NCBI GenBank assembly: GCA_048213135.1
Contig: PS015196.1
Location: 41,224-83,659 of the forward strand
DNA from: Reclinomonas americana ATCC 50394
Taxonomy: Eukaryota
DNA length: 42,436 nucleotides
Reading direction: 5' to 3'
Position numbers and translations under genes: made by a program. The notes beneath the pieces are model-generated. The model was not told the DNA's origin and ran no database searches. It was given only the letters and a program-made list of their open reading frames with translations. Below, piece by piece: positions 36,053 through 42,436 of this stretch (its first letter is position 1; every line of letters starts with the position of its first letter).

Positions 36053-37600
36053 GAGGAGATGGAGGGGGAGAGACGGAGAGCGATAGACAAACAGTCAAGA
36101 GTCAGCGAAAATCACACGACCACCAACTCGTGCAGCAACAGGTCCACAAACCCTTGAACCACGAGCGCATTGGTGGCTGGCACCGCCGGCTGTCCATTGA
36201 TGCTGCAGGCACACTTTTCTGTCAGTGCTCTCGTCAGGATGCCACATACGTAAGCGGTGCCCCATACGCAACACAATGCACACGGTGAAGGCACCGGGAT
36301 TGGTGCCAGTGACCTGCACAAAGAAGAAGCTCAGCACACCGTTCTCCATTATCGATAAAGCCATCTCGGGAAAAACGCAACAGGAGTCGAGATCTGCTGC
36401 GCGGAAGTGACGGTCACCGCGCCAAACGTGACCGAGTTAACCGCGGCACTCGTGCACGCAGAGTTTTGCGCCACCGCCGTGAACGTGGGAGTCTTGTCGA
36501 GACCGAAGCCGGTGAAGGTAATGACGGTGGCGGAGGCGGGTACAATCGTCAGCGGAGTCGCGTTTGTCACACCCTGTGCAACCACGATGAGCGCGTCATC
36601 GAATTTCTTCTCGCAACTGGCAACAACAAGACCTGCACAGTGAGATTGCCACCCGTCACGGCAGCGTACGAATTGCCACCCGTTGGCCTGCATGCATGCG
36701 TATGAGAATGGCTATGATGAAAACATGTGGCTCGACGTTGACACGCAACTGAAGGCACACGATAAACAGGTTCGGCGTCGTGGTCGTCGCAGACACCACG
36801 AGCTGGGTCGGCGACGGTGAAGCGCGGTTCGTGATGGTGATGCTGGCGTCCTGCGCATTGCCGGTGCATGTGCCGCCGGTGGCAATCACCTTGACCAGAT
36901 CGGTGGCTGCGAGACTGATCGCGAAGAGTGTTCAGCATCATCGTGTGTTGGTATGAAACAAGATGGACAATATGCACTCACCCGTCGCCATTGATGGTAA
37001 AGGCGGTCATGCCGACCGGCACCTGAGTCGGCGTGATTGACTGTGTGCCTGTGGAGGGAAACAAAATGTGAGCTTTGTCAAGCAGACTCCACGTGACAGC
37101 AGCCTGGTCTCACCTTGCACAAACAAGTCGCCCGACACATTCACAGCGGTGCCCATGCCACCATATCTGCAGAGGATAAGAAACTAAGCATTTGTGTCGA
37201 GAACGACACAAGCACAGGATACTGCTGAGGCGCACGCAACTGGATGCACATCACATACTGTCCTCCAGTGTTACCAGTGCCATTCACAGTCACCGCGAAT
37301 GCAATGCTGGTGGTACCAGTCGCCGTCACGGCGCCGACGGTGATCTGTGAAGCATCGTACGCAGGTGATGAGAACATGATCATCATGTCTGGATCTAGTG
37401 TCACCTTTTCTTTTTCTTCTTCTTTCTCTCTCTGTCTCTCTCCAAACCTTCTCTTCTCCCTCCCACTCTTTCCTCGTTGATTCTCGCCAATCGCACTTGG
37501 ATTTTTCTCTGCTCTCACCTCTCTTCTTCTTCTTGTTGTTCTTCGTCTTCTTGTTCTTCTCCTTCTTCTTCTTCTTCCTTCTTCTTCTTCTTGTTGTTGT

Positions 37601-37632
<32 letters not shown>

Positions 37633-40455
37633 TCTCCCTCTCTCCTTCCTCGCCGCTTGTCGCCAATCGCATTATTTCTTTTTCTCTGCTCTCTTTTCTC
37701 TTCTCCACTCCCTTCCTCTCCCTCTCCCTCTCCTGTCCCTCTCCTCCATACCGTGCCCGGAGTGGTACCCGTGGCGCAGTTTGGCGTCGGTGAGGCCGGC
37801 AAAACGGCGATCTTGTCCGCGCCCGACAGCGCAAAACCATTGACCGTCACCGTGGTGGCGGTGGCCGGCGGAATGGAGGTCGGCGAGATGCCACTCGTGC
37901 CCTGCACGGTGAACTGGCCAGTTTGCAGCGGGATATACGTCCCCATGGCGGCGCTCGACGGGCTGCATGGCGCGTGAGATTTGGAGAGAGGAAACCTCAC
38001 TTCCACAGTCGGCAAACCTGATGCAGGCCTGGAAGGTGCCCGGCGGAGTGCTCACGTTCAGCGAAGCGGTAATCACGGTGGCAGAGCTGGCGGCCACAGT
38101 GCCGACAGTGATGCTGGCGACTTGCGCGTCGCTGCACGAACCGGCCGCAGTGACAATCTTGACGCCAGTGGTGGCTGCGGAGGAGAATCAGAAAAGAGGT
38201 CAAAAATATCTCAGTTGACTCTCTTACAAATACCAGTCAATCCAACTCCTGTAATGGACAGCACAACGCCGTTGGAGATCGAGAGCACTTGCGGAGTCAG
38301 CGACGAACCGCCTGCACATCATTACCGACGCATGAGATAATCTTCCCCACAAATCACCCTCCCACGCACGCACACACGTATGCAAACCTTGCACAGTGAG
38401 CACGGCGGAGCTGGCCACCGGCACAAACGTCGGCAGCAGCTGACCGCGCAGCTCGCCGGCCGCCGCCGCCGCGGTCGGAATGTCAACGTACCACTGACCG
38501 GCCAGGAGTTCGTTGAGCACCTGGTTCGAGGTCACGGTGACATTCTGCGTCGGCACGGTGCCCGAGGTGCTGGCCGGCACGTTGGTGAGAGTGGCCACCA
38601 ACGTGCCCGTGGCGCCAGGCACAGCCGGACCGTGAATCTCCACTGCCGTCGGGTTGCCCGACAGACCAGCAAAGGTGACCGACACGGAGATGGAGGTGTT
38701 GCCGGGGGCGACCACCACGGTGGCGGTGCCGGAGGCGTTGTTGACCTGGCCAGCCTGAGCGCCGGTGAGGACGCCGCCGGCCGTCACCGCGGGCGCCGCT
38801 TGCCCGCGGATCTCGCCATTGGTGTTGTTCACCGTCTCCACATCCACGTACCACATGCTGCTCTGCAGATCGGCCAACTGCGCCGCCGACACGGTGAAAG
38901 TCTGCGGTCCCAGCGTGCCACTGGTGTTGGCCGTCGGCACCGTCATCGCGAACAGCGCGGGGCCGGTGGCGCCCGCCGCCGCAGGTCCATGAATGTGCGC
39001 GCCCGTAATGTTGGAGCTGAGAGCAGTGTACTGTACCGTCACCGAGATGCTGGTGGGCGACACGACGGTGATGGTCGCGGAGCCTGCCGCGGCACCCGGG
39101 TTGGTGGGCGCCGGCACGTTGGCCGCCGATGTCAGCGCCATGTAGTAGTTCGACGTGCCGCTGTAGGCAATGCACAGAATGTACGTGTTCGGCGCGCTAG
39201 CCTGAATAAACGGCGTCACCGAGGTCGGCGGCGACGACACGTCAGCCGTGATGGAGATGCCATTCGGCTGTGCATCGGTCGCGCAGTTGCCGGCAGTCGG
39301 CAGCATCTTGAAGGAGGCGGAGGCTATAGAAGGGAATAGGGTTGAGAGGAAGAGGAGGTGAGGAAGAAAAAGGGAGAATTGTGCCGCACCGGAGAGACCA
39401 AAGCCGTTGATGGCCACTGCGGATTTGATTGTGGCCGGGATGGCGGTGGAGCCCACGGAGGTGGTGCCTGCAAGCAGAGAAGGGAATGAGCGGAGGATGA
39501 CTGCGAAAACACGGAGAAGTGAGAGAGTGCATACCCTGCACAGCAATCGGCAAGGCGAGGCCGCTGAAGAAGGCGGTGGCATTGGCGAACCTGTGAAAAT
39601 GGAAACAGTGAGCAAGGAGGAGAAAAAGGGGCGAGGGGGAAAAGGAGAAGGAGGAGAATGGGAAGGGGGAGAAGGGAAGAAAAATGGCTACAATCTTCGC
39701 GCACACGCAACTTGATGCACACAGTGTACGTGCCGGGGGTGGCGGTAGCCGTGGCGACAAACACCGACTGCGTGCCATCGACGCTGGCGGTGATGGTGTT
39801 GCCGACGGTGAAGACGGTGGCGGTGGCTGAGCAGTCGGTGCCCGACACGACCTTGATGGTGTCGGTGGACGAGAAACCGTAACCGGCCAGCGTCACCGAG
39901 GTCGGAATCGTGGCCACCACAAACGCGGGCGACGGTGCGGCAGTGACGGCTTGTCCGGACAGAGTGCCGACGGCGGCGTAGGCGGTGGTGGTCGCGGCGT
40001 CTGCGAACCTATTGTGGAGGATTGTGAGACACAATATGGGCAAGTTGAAGCGGAGAGTTACGACGCAACTTGTAGCACAGCGTGTACTGCGCGCCCGTGG
40101 TGAGAGTGATGGGGAAGCTCACGGCGGTGTTGGCGGTGACCACAGCGGGTGTACCGACAGTGACGCCGCCCACCATACCGCCGTTCACGCAATCGCCGTT
40201 GAAGGTGACCACCTTGACCGCGTCGGTGGCCAGCAGGCCGAAGCCGTTGATAGTCACTGTGAAGAGGGAAAGGGATGAGATCGGGGAAGGGGAAAGGGGG
40301 AAAGGGGGAAAGGGGGAAAGGGGGAAAGGGGGAAAGGGGGGAGAGGGGAAAGGGGGTAAGGGGGATAGGGACAGGGAAAGGCGGGAGAGACATGAGAGCT
40401 GAGCTCACGAGAACGAATGAAAACGGGTTAAGAAGAGAGAGAGAGAGAGAGAGAG

Positions 40456-40499
<44 letters not shown>

Positions 40500-40773
40500 T
40501 ATTTTCTCGTCTTCCACTATGCCACTTCAAGAATGTGGTATCTCTCATTCAGTCTCGTGCTCAGTTATTCTCTGCTGCGTTCGCATCCTTGAGTTGCTGT
40601 TGTACTCTCAGTGCGTGCGCGTGTCGGTGAATGTGCATCATCATCTCTGCAGTCCGCGCCTGCTGCAAATTGTTGCGGTAATGCGCTCTCCTCATTCTGT
40701 GTGTGCTCCGCATTTCTCTTCCCTATCACTCGCTCTGTTGCACTTGTCTCCCGTTCCGACTCACTCACTCTCA

Positions 40774-40869
<96 letters not shown>

Positions 40870-42080
40870 ATCGCTGCCACAACTTTCCTCACAAGGTGAG
40901 ACAAGCGACGTTCAACAAAGTGCATCGTTCTCCTTTCCTCATCCTCCCTTCTCGTGCTCGTGCTGATCTCAATCTTGTTCATGAAGAGAATGAAAGTAAG
41001 AGAACAGTGGAGGGGGAAAAGAAAAACGCAGAGCTCTTTGCGAGAAAGGGCAAAGAAATGAACAGTCACAATTACATCTCTGACGCTGCTCCTCCCCTGC
41101 ATCGGTATCCATTCTCCCCGCAGTAATCTCTTCGCCTTCCTCCCTCCCCTCCCCCTTCCCTCCCCTTCCCCCTCCCCTTTTCACTCACCCGGAGTGGCCA
41201 CAGTCAACGGAATCGCCACCGGCGTCAGCGTCGTCGTGCCCTGCACGTAGAACATCGTTCCGCCATTCACGTCGTAGAACGCGCCAGTGACAAACTGGAT
41301 GCACACGCGGTAGGTGCCAGCGGCAGAGCCGGCGACACTCGCCGTGAGATTCGGGGCCACGAGCGTGATATTCGCGGCGGTGATCGACATGACAGCGGCG
41401 TCGGCGCAAGTGCCAGCGGCGGTCACGAACTTGATCACATCAGTGGCCGCGAGGCTGCGTGCGACTTTGGAATGAGCGCAGAGGCACGACGAAGCGCGAC
41501 TCGAGTGAATGACGCAACGCCAGTCCCGTAATGGTGACTGTGGTGGCCGTGCCAGGCGGTGACGGAAGACCCTGAATCGGTGAGAATCCGGTGGTGCCTG
41601 TGTTCAAAGAATCAGCAGCTCTTTCTCTGCACAAAGTAAATGATACAAGACGCACCCTGCACCAACAGCGGCGTCGTGGACACTGGCACTGCGGTTGCTG
41701 CCGTGCCCACCCTGCAGACCAAATTGCTAAGCGCCCATTCGAACAATGGAGAGAGAGGCGAGAGAAACGAAACTTGATGCACAGGGTGAGCGAGAGAACA
41801 GCAGTCGACTTGACAGTGAAGCTGTCGACTGTGCCGCCGACGCTGGTGATCGCGCCGATGGTGACGTGCGCGTCGTTGGGTTGCGTGGCGCATGTGCCCG
41901 TGGAGATGGCAGTGATCTGCAAAGGCATTGTCAGCAATGAGGGGAAAAGGCACAGGGGAAACAGAGGGTGAAGCACACATGCCTGATCAGTCATGGACAA
42001 TCCAACGCCGGTGACAGACACCACTGTCGTCATGTCGTTCAGTGACACGAATGCCGGGGAGAAGACGCCGGTAGGACCGC
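26192..42080 (-). CDS. Giant type-I membrane/cell-surface protein with at least about 23 IPT/TIG-like beta repeats and two CHRD domains; 5' end beyond window
   Basis: Repeat of about 95 aa: GTTGxSPxxI..TxTIxGFGL...DxIxVV..GxxC...GxYxxCIxF...YxxV...LxVQ. Last exons give AYVIAL|AVVFSIVGAALVIFVIWYGL (TM helix) then KHDWCKKKTVAPPQKKTELYTRFLDEEL*, with TAA at 26192-26194. CHRD motifs (AHIHGPA...GEIRGQ) at about 38440-39135. Confidence 0.88.
29530..29980. repeat. Intronic minisatellite, about 16-19-nt unit TCGCTGCTCTCTCCTTCTG
   Basis: Tandem array read directly inside an intron of the giant gene. Confidence 0.9.
30945..31062. repeat. Intronic minisatellite, 19-nt unit CTCCATTCCTCTCGCTCTG (about 6 copies)
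   Basis: Period-19 tandem array read directly. Confidence 0.9.
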
Positions 42081-42331
42081 TAAGGGAGGGAGATGAAGGG
42101 GTGAGAACTGAGCGCGGAGAAGGAGATGTTGAAGGAAGTGTACCTGACGGTGAGGGTTCCTGTTTGGGGGGAGGGACGAGGGGAGAGAGGTGTAAGTGCG
42201 AGGGTTGGGGATGGAGAGATTTGACTGAACACAAACCAGTCACAGCGGCGGATGCAGCGGCGCCGACAAACCTACGGGTTCAGTGTTAGAATCAAAGGGA
42301 AACGGGGAGAGAGAGAGAGAGAGAGACAAAG

Positions 42332-42392
<61 letters not shown>

Positions 42393-42436
42393 AGAGAGAG
42401 AGAGAGGAGGAGAGAGAGAGAGAGAGAGAGAGAGAG

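Noticed and set aside
1-42436. Alternative genetic code, tRNA/rRNA genes or transposon ORFs
   Set aside because: Rebuilt exons have no in-frame stops, and TGA and TAA both act as terminators. No recognisable structural RNA, transposase or reverse transcriptase motifs were seen by eye.

Overview
Draft-assembly scaffold (many N gaps) from an intron-rich eukaryote, probably a protist, with microsatellite-filled introns. The ORF track is mostly uninformative, so gene models were rebuilt by hand from GT-AG junctions. Eight genes can be read: (1) a 5'-truncated coiled-coil protein with a C-terminal CHORD-like Cys/His zinc-binding domain; (2) a RhaT-like DMT transporter; (3) a LEA-like protein with a probable mitochondrial presequence; (4) a secreted NHL-repeat/FN3-like protein; (5) a CrtR-like membrane desaturase/hydroxylase; (6) a VOC/glyoxalase protein; (7) PNO1/DIM2; (8) a giant type-I membrane protein with at least about 23 IPT/TIG-like repeats and two nested CHRD domains. 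There is also an orphan, tandemly duplicated first-exon-like unit. The main discovery is at 1061-2757: 19 consecutive phase-0 introns separated by 18 exons of exactly one codon each (YAG|NNN|GT). Joined, they spell GQQAVRPPSEMGGTAEWT and link the two halves of the zinc-binding domain (CRYHP...WTCC). A second signal runs across the whole window: more than 30 introns use a +1-shifted donor (GTTGCGT/GTTTCGT/GTTGAGT), seen only after exons that do not end in G.
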